Below, one piece after another: positions 8,360 through 17,200 of a DNA stretch of 64,000 nt. Location of the stretch: sequence record LC778249.1, one strand, 5' to 3'. The position numbers and the translations under genes were made by a program. Positions within the stretch are counted from its first letter, which is position 1, and each line of letters opens with the position of its first letter. The notes under the pieces are model-generated. The model did not search any database. It was not told the DNA's origin and saw only the letters and a program-made list of their open reading frames with translations.

Positions 8360-8707
8360 TTACTTCCGATCAATGGCTACCTGCAACTTGTTTATACTCA
8401 CATTCAAGTTATTCAGGGTATCATTCATCTTTTCCGTTATTTCGTTTGTCTTCTCTTGTTGCTTCTGTAGATATTCAATCTTGGTATCTTGATTACTATC
8501 TACGGTATTCATTTCGTTTACTCGATTTTCGATTGACACAATTCGACTTTCCATTTTCTCCTGTGCCGACTCTATCTGTCCTAAACGATAGACCGCAGTC
8601 ATCGCACCTGCCGCAGCTACCGTAACAATAACGATAACACTAAGAAGCGTTGACCACTCTCCCAACGAGAATATCCGAGATTCCTGATTAGAAGCCATAG
8701 GGAGCAT
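8360..8707 (-). CDS. single-TM coiled-coil protein, candidate holin
   Basis: One N-terminal TM plus coiled coil; occupies the T4 t position; overlaps the lysozyme stop. Confidence 0.5.
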   Translation of the reverse strand: MLPMASNQESRIFSLGEWSTLLSVIVIVTVAAAGAMTAVYRLGQIESAQEKMESRIVSIENRVNEMNTVDSNQDTKIEYLQKQQEKTNEITEKMNDTLNNLNVSINKLQVAIDRK

Positions 8708-9185
8708 AGCTGCCGAGCTTCAAAACGCTGGCCACACGATTGGCGCGATTTGGCGTTTGTTTTGCCCATGCACTGTTGAGTGCTTGGCGATACGCTTCGT
8801 TCCAATCCTTGTTTCGAAGTGCTCTTAGCATACTAGGGAATTTCGACACACCAAGCGCCCCCATTTGAAATACCATGTTCTCAATGGCATTCTTGCGCAC
8901 CGGGTCTAAAGTGTCGTATACATCGGCCAGTGCTGCGTAATTAGCGATTGAGCGACGAACAACGCCCATATCTCTTTCAAACAAAGCCAAGACTTCGTTT
9001 GCACTGATCTTACCGTCTTTAATATTTCTTCCAACATGGGAACTTAATTCGCGATTAATCTCTCCCATATCTTTTGTTCTTTTACGCATGATGAGGTGTC
9101 CGATTCCGATAGTGGGATATCCTTCTGTGTCCCAATATACAGTCTCTTTATAACCTTCATCTTGCTTTAGCATTTGTGCAAGCAT
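8688..9185 (-). CDS. e: T4-type lysozyme (endolysin), gp5-like
   Basis: QDEG..VYWDTEGYPTIGIGHLIM; NMVFQMG; W.KQTPNRA.RV. Confidence 0.9.
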   Translation of the reverse strand: MLAQMLKQDEGYKETVYWDTEGYPTIGIGHLIMRKRTKDMGEINRELSSHVGRNIKDGKISANEVLALFERDMGVVRRSIANYAALADVYDTLDPVRKNAIENMVFQMGALGVSKFPSMLRALRNKDWNEAYRQALNSAWAKQTPNRANRVASVLKLGSYAPYGF

Positions 9186-9713
9186 TTAGCCTCCGTCAAG
9201 TGGATTCAATGTGAAAACAAATTTCTTCCGTTCACGCCATGTCCCAGCAGCAGCAATCCCAATCATTTTCCATCCAAATCTAAATCTGAACTGTTTCCCA
9301 AATACACTCGGATATCTCATACTGAATTGGAAATGTCCGCATTCTTGAGTGATGAAATACCAGCCAAACTTGGCTTCGTCTCCTTTAGTATATCCAAGAG
9401 ATCCTCGCCATTTAAATTTTGGACTCTTTGGCTGATATGCAAGAACAGACCAAGCAAATCCATATGCCGGATTTCGAATTAGCCATAATACTCGTTGAAT
9501 ATAACGAGGATATCCTTGGCAACGTTCTACGTGACCGCTATCGCCATCTAGTGGAGCGTCTGGAGTTTGATACCAGCTCAACCAGTTTGGTAGCGTCTCT
9601 TTATTTATCGCAAACAAAGGAAGCACTGGTGATAAGATCCAGCACGTTAGGCACATGAATAAGTGAATAGGCAGCAAAACAATATGCTGTAGCATTCTTA
9701 AAATAACTTTCAT
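9186..9713 (-). CDS. hypothetical membrane protein
   Basis: AAGGAG SD, hydrophobic N-terminus, WLSWYQTPD.PLDGD and WLIRNPAYGF motifs. Confidence 0.7.
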   Translation of the reverse strand: MKVILRMLQHIVLLPIHLFMCLTCWILSPVLPLFAINKETLPNWLSWYQTPDAPLDGDSGHVERCQGYPRYIQRVLWLIRNPAYGFAWSVLAYQPKSPKFKWRGSLGYTKGDEAKFGWYFITQECGHFQFSMRYPSVFGKQFRFRFGWKMIGIAAAGTWRERKKFVFTLNPLDGG

Positions 9714-9725
9714 TTTATCTCCTTT

Positions 9726-9750
9726 AAAAATAAAAGGGGCCGAAGCCCCT
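9726..9750 (-). terminator. intrinsic terminator
   Basis: Minus strand GGGGC-TTCG-GCCCC followed by a T tract. Confidence 0.8.
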
Positions 9751-9761
9751 TAGTTTATTAT

Positions 9762-12700
9762 TTAGTTAACGGTTCTCAGATTATATCCGACAACTTTTCG
9801 AACTCTACCATTTTCCCAAGCGGTAACGAATGTCCGGTTATCAGCAGAGAATCTTCCGCCCCAACCTAATCCACCTGAACCACCAGAAATATCGTAGTTC
9901 CAACCAATTGCTTGTAGATATTCTAGATCATATCTAGTGAATGTTTTCGGACTAACTAATCCCATATCATCCCAGCCAACAACAAACATTATCATGTCAA
10001 AGTCTGTCCATGGACGAGTTAATGCGAAGTTTCCTCCACCAACATCTCCATCAAATATCGTGACTGCGCTAGTAGCTCTGATATTATTGTGTGTGTGCGT
10101 GTTTGACGGCGGCGGGTTATTTACAGAATATACGCGGTCACCAGAATCATATACTCCAGTTCCTCCGTATACTCCACCCGGAGATCTAAAGTTACCACTG
10201 ATATCAAAAGTATAAATTCCCATTGTTCCTTTAGTACCACTTTCACCGGAACCAACCCGAATAATACCTTGACCCCAAACGTTGCCAGAACGCAATACTC
10301 CAAGTTCAACGTCAGTTGTATATCCAACACCCGAAACAACGGAACGTCCCTTCACGATTTGATAATAATCAGACGAACCAGCCACGGCTCCAAAATCAAT
10401 TTGAATAGGAGCTTCTCTTGCCCATTGATCTGCATATGCGTGTGAACCACCGGCTGCCCAGTTAGTTCCATACATAGTCAATCCGGTTCCCTCTGCTCGC
10501 ATTTGCATGTATCGTTTCGCTTCACCAAATGAACCATTCGACTGACCAAAGTTCAAATCGCCTGTTGTATTATCAAGCCATACAATACGAGCGTGTTTTC
10601 CAGGAACATGAAATTCTAATACTGGATTACCGCCTGTGTTAATCTGGAATTGACCATTACCATACACATATGTTGGTCTACGCAATAGTATTTTACTAGC
10701 TTCAAATACAGCGATTGGGTTAGTTTCACTGGGAGCAACGCCATCGGAAATAGCAAGTCCTTCAAATCCTTTTCCGGTTTGTCTGTTAATATGGAACCAA
10801 GCGTTTGATGTATTATTGATAAACAAAGCACTCGCGCCCTCGCCGAATGTAGCAGCGCCGGATTGTCCATCTTTCATCAACATCTGATTGTTAGCGTTGA
10901 TTTGAATACCTGCGTTGGCATTCCAAGGAGCAGCACCAACTCCAAGATAAATGAAATCAATTTCTCCGGTTGGCTTTCCGTGGAATCCAAATGCCGCTTT
11001 TCTTGAACCATCGGTCTCAATAGCAGTAAATCCTCTTGCCCAATCAGTTGATACTCCAGATAATGGAGTAAAGAAATATTCGGAAGTGGAATTAGTTCCT
11101 CCGACTTCATATCCATGTGTTGCCAGTACCCTTCTATTAGGCAAAAATTCTAATGCTCTATAAGTAGCATCGACGCTAATATAAGGAATCTTAGATGTAC
11201 CGGAATCAATTTCCAATGCCAACTTCTTGGAGTTCTTGTCTACCATGATATAATCATTCGAGACAAACGCTTTGGTGTTGTTTAATGCACCAGTCATTGA
11301 ATCGCCGGCTTTCGCAACGTTCTTCGCGTCTACTGCGTCAACATATGCCTTATTAACTAGATGTCCAGCAGCCGTTCCCTGTTTGCCCAGTGTAATAGTA
11401 CCATCATTCGCGATAATAGTTTCAACTGTTGTTGTTCCTATGCCTTGAGGACGCAAATGGATTGTTCCTGTTGCACCAGCTCCGCCACCGATAATAGTTC
11501 TACCGTCTGCACCAACAAACATACCTTGAGTGCTATTAGTCGAACGAACGAAACCATAATCACCAGAAGATCTGAATGCAGTTGCTACAACTGGTCCAGT
11601 TGCGTTAATAGATCCATCACCAAGGAAAGAAACAAGAGCGTTTTGTCCTTCGTTGCCGTGACTCAAAGTAAGAGAGTTTGATTCTGATGCCAAATGGAAT
11701 CTTGTATCTGCCGCATCTTGGAAACTAATACTACCTTTATCATTCACCATAATTGAGTTTTTGATTTTAGCAGCAGTCAGTGTTCCTGTCATAGCATCAC
11801 CAGCGCGAGACACTAGATTTAAATCATCATTTGTCGGTAGATTATGAAGACTAAGAATCTCTTCTCTGACACTAATGTCGGTAACTGTCAATCCGGTTGC
11901 GTCTGGAATAAGTATCGGATGTGCTCCATATCTAAGTCCATCAACTACAACATGTGCCATACTAATTGCGGAACGATACAGCGCAATATATTCAACGCCG
12001 TTGTATGTATGATATACCAGTTTTGTGCCAGATGTTTTTGCGCCGGATAGATAATGGATCCTTGCATACTGTTCGGTATATCCGCTATATACTGCAACTT
12101 CTGCATAATCACTTTGCAAATTAGAGGTAGTAGCACCGCGATTGAAAATAATTTTTCCTATAAATCCATTTTTCTCAATAGGAGTAGAACTAGAACGCTT
12201 CGCAAGAAGAATTAGAGAAGGTTTAGCATCCGCTGTATTTCCTAATGCTTTTACAGTATGAACGACGGATGTTGCCGCTACTTCGATTCCGTTTCCTACT
12301 ACTAGATCTTGATTCACTTTTAGTTTATCGACGTCTCCGCCACGTTCATCGATTTGTTTTACCCAAGGTGTCCAAGCCATTGTACCATCATTTCTAGTTC
12401 TGATGTATGTGGAGCCTTGTGTTCTATCTGTCGCGATTTGAGTCACGAAGGTATTAGCGTCTTTATCTGATCCAATAACAAACATTGTACCGTAATCCAA
12501 TGGAGGAGGATTAACTGATCCAGTTGCACGTGCCAAATACAAGTTATAAAAACCGGTTGACTCGTATTCGTCAAAGTTGATTGGACCCCTGATATTCTTA
12601 GTCTTACCTTCTAGACCAACTTTATCTTTGATAGAAGCCCATGGAATAAATCCATCTGTATCAACAAGAACACGTCCATTACCCGCATTCCATTTCATTG

Positions 12701-13757
12701 CTTGATGCAATACAACGTTTTTTGTTGTATATTCTTCGGCAGTTGTATTATATCCCAAATACAGATCACCACTGGCAGCGCCTAAAGTAACGTTGCCGTT
12801 ATTATGATCTCGCATAATAGAATATGTCTTGCTGTTATACAATGAACGCAATCCACCAACACCTTCGATGTTGATATATCCACCGTTCTTCATGTTACCA
12901 CCAGAACGGCTCAAAGCGTCGGCTGGAAGATCGTCTAGTTTAACTTTGTCTTGAGCACTCATAGAACCGGAAGCAGTTCGCGAAGCAGCCGTGATGGCCA
13001 GCGTTGGATTGACGCCTCCAGTTGTAGTCAATGGTGCAGTAGTCACAATGCCTTGGACAGCAGTACCGACTTTGGTATCGACGTATTTCTTGTTTGCTGC
13101 ATGAGTATCAGCGGTTGGCTGATCTTCCAAAACAACGGGGTCAGTAAATGTCTTTGTTCCAGCGATTGATTGAGCGCCAGTAATCTTTACATTCTGTGCA
13201 TCAAGGGTATCAATCTTGGTATTTGCGGTAGCCAGATCAGCGGTGAGTTTATCGGTAGTTGTTTCTGCGAACTGCATCGCTTTATCAACTTCACGATCTA
13301 CATAATCTTTCCGAGCTGCGTGAGACGCTGCCGATGGTGTCGTTGCAGGGATAAAAACTTGACCATCTCGGAATCCGACATAGTTAGCGTTTTTGTTTGT
13401 GTAAATTCTAACTTCGCCAACATCGTTTGTAAGAACTTGAATACCAGAACGCGGGGTTCCATCCGCTTTACGACTTGCAATAAGCCAGTGTGCACCAGCG
13501 GTGTTATCTTTATCCATGTTGAATGCTGCGTTTGGAGCTTGTCCCCATCCCACATCATTCCCGACTGCAATAACTTTTCCAGTTGTAACGATATCGCCTT
13601 TTAGATTAATACCGCCATTAATTGTCTGACCGCCTTTTGAGGTGATCACATCGAATTCTTTATAAAACAGGCTATCATCAAGAGGGTTTAGCTCAAGAAT
13701 GCCCTGGTGCCAAATCAGATTACCTCCGATTTGTGATCCTAGTTTAAGATCTGCCAT
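9762..13757 (-). CDS. distal long tail fibre B (gp36-like N-terminus, no chaperone domain)
   Basis: MADLKLGSQIGGNLIWHQG start; fibre repeats KDYVD and VSRAGD.MTG; 1331 aa. Confidence 0.85.
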   Translation of the reverse strand: MADLKLGSQIGGNLIWHQGILELNPLDDSLFYKEFDVITSKGGQTINGGINLKGDIVTTGKVIAVGNDVGWGQAPNAAFNMDKDNTAGAHWLIASRKADGTPRSGIQVLTNDVGEVRIYTNKNANYVGFRDGQVFIPATTPSAASHAARKDYVDREVDKAMQFAETTTDKLTADLATANTKIDTLDAQNVKITGAQSIAGTKTFTDPVVLEDQPTADTHAANKKYVDTKVGTAVQGIVTTAPLTTTGGVNPTLAITAASRTASGSMSAQDKVKLDDLPADALSRSGGNMKNGGYINIEGVGGLRSLYNSKTYSIMRDHNNGNVTLGAASGDLYLGYNTTAEEYTTKNVVLHQAMKWNAGNGRVLVDTDGFIPWASIKDKVGLEGKTKNIRGPINFDEYESTGFYNLYLARATGSVNPPPLDYGTMFVIGSDKDANTFVTQIATDRTQGSTYIRTRNDGTMAWTPWVKQIDERGGDVDKLKVNQDLVVGNGIEVAATSVVHTVKALGNTADAKPSLILLAKRSSSTPIEKNGFIGKIIFNRGATTSNLQSDYAEVAVYSGYTEQYARIHYLSGAKTSGTKLVYHTYNGVEYIALYRSAISMAHVVVDGLRYGAHPILIPDATGLTVTDISVREEILSLHNLPTNDDLNLVSRAGDAMTGTLTAAKIKNSIMVNDKGSISFQDAADTRFHLASESNSLTLSHGNEGQNALVSFLGDGSINATGPVVATAFRSSGDYGFVRSTNSTQGMFVGADGRTIIGGGAGATGTIHLRPQGIGTTTVETIIANDGTITLGKQGTAAGHLVNKAYVDAVDAKNVAKAGDSMTGALNNTKAFVSNDYIMVDKNSKKLALEIDSGTSKIPYISVDATYRALEFLPNRRVLATHGYEVGGTNSTSEYFFTPLSGVSTDWARGFTAIETDGSRKAAFGFHGKPTGEIDFIYLGVGAAPWNANAGIQINANNQMLMKDGQSGAATFGEGASALFINNTSNAWFHINRQTGKGFEGLAISDGVAPSETNPIAVFEASKILLRRPTYVYGNGQFQINTGGNPVLEFHVPGKHARIVWLDNTTGDLNFGQSNGSFGEAKRYMQMRAEGTGLTMYGTNWAAGGSHAYADQWAREAPIQIDFGAVAGSSDYYQIVKGRSVVSGVGYTTDVELGVLRSGNVWGQGIIRVGSGESGTKGTMGIYTFDISGNFRSPGGVYGGTGVYDSGDRVYSVNNPPPSNTHTHNNIRATSAVTIFDGDVGGGNFALTRPWTDFDMIMFVVGWDDMGLVSPKTFTRYDLEYLQAIGWNYDISGGSGGLGWGGRFSADNRTFVTAWENGRVRKVVGYNLRTVN

Positions 13758-13783
13758 TATAGACTCCTCTCAGTTTATAGCAG

Positions 13784-13790
13784 TATTTAG
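13784..13790 (-). promoter_or_regulatory. late promoter CTAAATA
   Basis: Between the terminator and the SD of fibre B. Confidence 0.6.
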
Positions 13791-13791
13791 C

Positions 13792-13813
13792 AAAAAGGCA
13801 CCCGAAGGTGCCT
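13792..13813 (-). terminator. intrinsic terminator
   Basis: AGGCACC-TTCG-GGTGCCTTTTT on the minus strand. Confidence 0.85.
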
Positions 13814-14253
13814 TAGTTTTTAAACGTCCACTGATGTCTTGATGTTGTTCCATCTGGTGAGCTAGAAAATGTAATAACAAATTCCGTCGTCGCTTGGATT
13901 GTTTTCACCATTTTAATCATTCCAGCATCCATTCTCTGCCATCCACCACGATATCCCTGTGCTTCTACTGGACCAGTCCATGTAATATTTACATATGGCA
14001 TGCCGAGAATAATTTCCTGTTTCAGATTATAAGTTGGAACTTCCATAATAACTTTTCCACCTACATATGAGAAATAAACTGGCATCGAGCTAGTTCGACT
14101 TGGTGCAGCAATTAAGCTGATTGCTGTTTTATTTACTAACTGACTCATAAATCCAGCAACAGGTAAACCCGCTTGTGTTCTCATGTTGCTAGCCCATCCG
14201 TTGGCTCTTAATTCTGTATTGGCTGTGCTAAGCCAAAACGGTAATGCTACCAT
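13813..14253 (-). CDS. 38: gp38-like fibre tip/adhesin
   Basis: N-terminus PFWLSTANTE..GW...GLPVAGFMSQL resembles T2-type gp38; follows a chaperone-bearing fibre; split SD. Confidence 0.55.
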   Translation of the reverse strand: MVALPFWLSTANTELRANGWASNMRTQAGLPVAGFMSQLVNKTAISLIAAPSRTSSMPVYFSYVGGKVIMEVPTYNLKQEIILGMPYVNITWTGPVEAQGYRGGWQRMDAGMIKMVKTIQATTEFVITFSSSPDGTTSRHQWTFKN

Positions 14254-14283
14254 AATTTAAACGGGGATTTCTCCCCGTCCTCC
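14254..14283 (-). promoter_or_regulatory. hairpin-bridged ribosome-binding site
   Basis: mRNA: GGAGG-[ACGGGGA-GAAA-TCCCCGT]-TTAAATT-ATG. Confidence 0.7.
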
Positions 14284-17200
14284 TTAGTTAAGTTTAGATT
14301 CCAAATATTTAACACGTTCGGTCAATTCTTTAATTGCTTCAATTAATAGTGCGTTAACACCAGAGTTAGAAACAGTCAAATAATCGATGTCGTTTGAAGT
14401 TACGGTACCAGTCGCTTCTGGCAATACCACTTTCAGACGTTGCGCAATAATACCAGCTTCGCGAGTTGTTTTACCAACTTTATCGTAAGTGATACCAGAT
14501 AGATAACCAACTTTGTCCAACGCATTCAGAATTGGTTTAAAATTAGATTTCAATCTTTCATCTGAACGAATATAAACATCATTGAAGTTACCATTTCCTT
14601 CTGCTTTTATACCACCTGCGGTATAAATCGCGTCGCCTTCTGCATTAGAACAATAGAACTTTTTACCGTTGTATGTTCTTACCCAAGTTGAATCTTCCAT
14701 ATGTATACCGCCATTGTAAGTAGCGTTAAACCAACCTGTGTTTCCGGTAGTTCTGATCCAGTTGCTCAAGGTCAATGTTCCATGTGTAGAACCTTCGAAC
14801 ATAACGCGAGCGCCATTAATCTGTAGTTCTTTATTCATGTAGAACACTGGACGATCTGTGTATATGTGAGCGTAACTGGTATTCTGTGCTCCAAGCTGCA
14901 TACCACCATGTTGTGTTCTCACCCATAGACTATCGCCTTGATTTTCCAATCTAACGTTATAATCGGCAGTGCTATTTGTATCGTGGAAATCAATATACTT
15001 AGCGACTTCCATTACACCATCGCTTCCAATATATGGAATACTATTAATGGTACCTGCCCAAGAACCAGTTTGACTCAAATTAACATCTTCGCTGTTAATT
15101 GATCTTCTCCATCCGGGTGCATACGTCGGTCCGTGATTAGTATAAATGTACTCTCGACTAGCTACCGCTCCCAATGCTGTTCCAGTTGTTGTTGGAGTAG
15201 TAACACGAATGGTATATTGTGATGTTCCACCAATAACTTCGATAACACATCCTGCCAGATGGATATTACCAAATCCCGTATCTGTGATTACGTTGTTTCC
15301 AGCATAATCCCAAGATACTTTACTAACCCAATAAACTGTCTTGAACGCACCTTTTTCTGTCAACATTTGAACAAATCTAGCGGTCGTGATTCCTGTTTCG
15401 CCGGAGGTCTTACCGGTTGCTTTATCCGCGAAAACTGTTATATGTCCAGTTACGTTTACGTTTCCTTTTGCAACTATGTCTCCACCCGCAATAACATCAT
15501 CGCCAGCATATACTGTACCTTCTACATCAATGTAAGCATTCAATGTTGTGCTTGGGTTATCATTGGATTTTTTAAAGTGCCATCCAAATGGTGGTCTAAT
15601 ATTATCGTGTACGTTTGGTGTAATTTCTATATTCTGACCACCCATATGACGATATTTAATTGATGGATACTTTGTCGCATCATCGGTAATATTTTCCAGA
15701 ATAATGTTTGCATTATCAGCTTTCAAATGAATTGATTTGTTAGTCTCGATAACACCACTCTTATGAATCTTTAACCCATTTATCCATGGTGTTGCGCCTT
15801 CTCCCAAGTAAGTAAATTTGAATTCTCCGTTCTCGGAAAACGCGCCTACACCCCAGTCACGAGTTGTGCCTGTTGATTCATATCCACTTATACCACGAGC
15901 GTTAGTTCCGGTTGGATTGGGTGTCCCAATCAACGTAATTAAATCGCTACCTTGTGTTGATGGATCTACAAAAAATCTACCGTTGGATCTCGTTTCGTTT
16001 CTTTTTATTAAAAACACATCTTCCGATGTAGTAGAACCCGTAGGTTTAACTCTAAACTTGAAATATTCGTTTCCGTTATCTCCAGTTTCGAACCACATAT
16101 AACTATCAGTATCTTGGTCTGAATCGTTTTTAAATCCAATCTTAGCCCAATCGGTGTTTCTGCTCCAGACAAGTTGACTATCATTTGTGAAAGTCAAACT
16201 ACCAGTCATTGAATCGCCAGTCTTATTCACAGCAGCAGCAGGAAGTCCATTCAACTTAGCTTTATCAGCAGCAGACATTGCGCCATCTTCTGTTGTTGTT
16301 GCATTTACCAAGCTGATTACTGGATTAATACCTCCAGTGCTCTTGACTGCACCAGTTGCTGTTACGCTTTGAACTGCGGTACCTACTTTAGTATCTACGT
16401 AATCCTTTGTTGTTAAAGAACTTGGAAGATTACCCATTTCGCCAGTACAAGGCTTGTATAATGTCAATTTATCTTCATGTGGAAAGTATTGCCAAATACC
16501 CTTTCCGCCGGTAGTGTCTTCATTTAATCTAATACCTTTGCCATCAGCAATCATGATGTATTTTTTATCATTTTGATCGCTCTCTGTAAAAATAATTTGC
16601 GGGTATGGCATACTTATTTCCAGAGCGCCAGTCATTTTATCACCAGCTCTACTAACCAAGTTTAGATCTACGTTCGATGGCTTTTGCATTGACGTATAAA
16701 CGCGAGCAACATCAATCTCTGTTTTATCTTCGATTGGTAAAGTGGCTACGGTATTCATATGAACAGTAAGACCCCAATCATTCAAAATGGTAATTGTCAT
16801 TTCACCACTATAAGTTGGTCTTTGTACCCATAATTCAACTTCCGTTCCAACTGTAATTGCATAGAATTTACATTCAGAGATACCTTCTTGTAAAAGTGTA
16901 ATTCTAATCATGTGTTCCGGATGAACACCTGTACCAGAGTAAGTTTGTGTGTTGAATGAAATATTATACATTGGAACGGAGTTATTTCCAAAATTATTTC
17001 CACCAGTCAACAAGAAATTAGCTCCGTTGCCACTTGATCCAATCGCCGCTTTCATTGAACACAATCTGGTATAACTAATTGCTGTTCCGGTTGCCGAACT
17101 TTTGATTCGCTGTGGTGCGCCAACATCATTATGATTTGGTTTATTCCACTCGCCGTATGTGCTCTTATTGTTGAACTTTAAATCACCATCAAGTGCCCAC

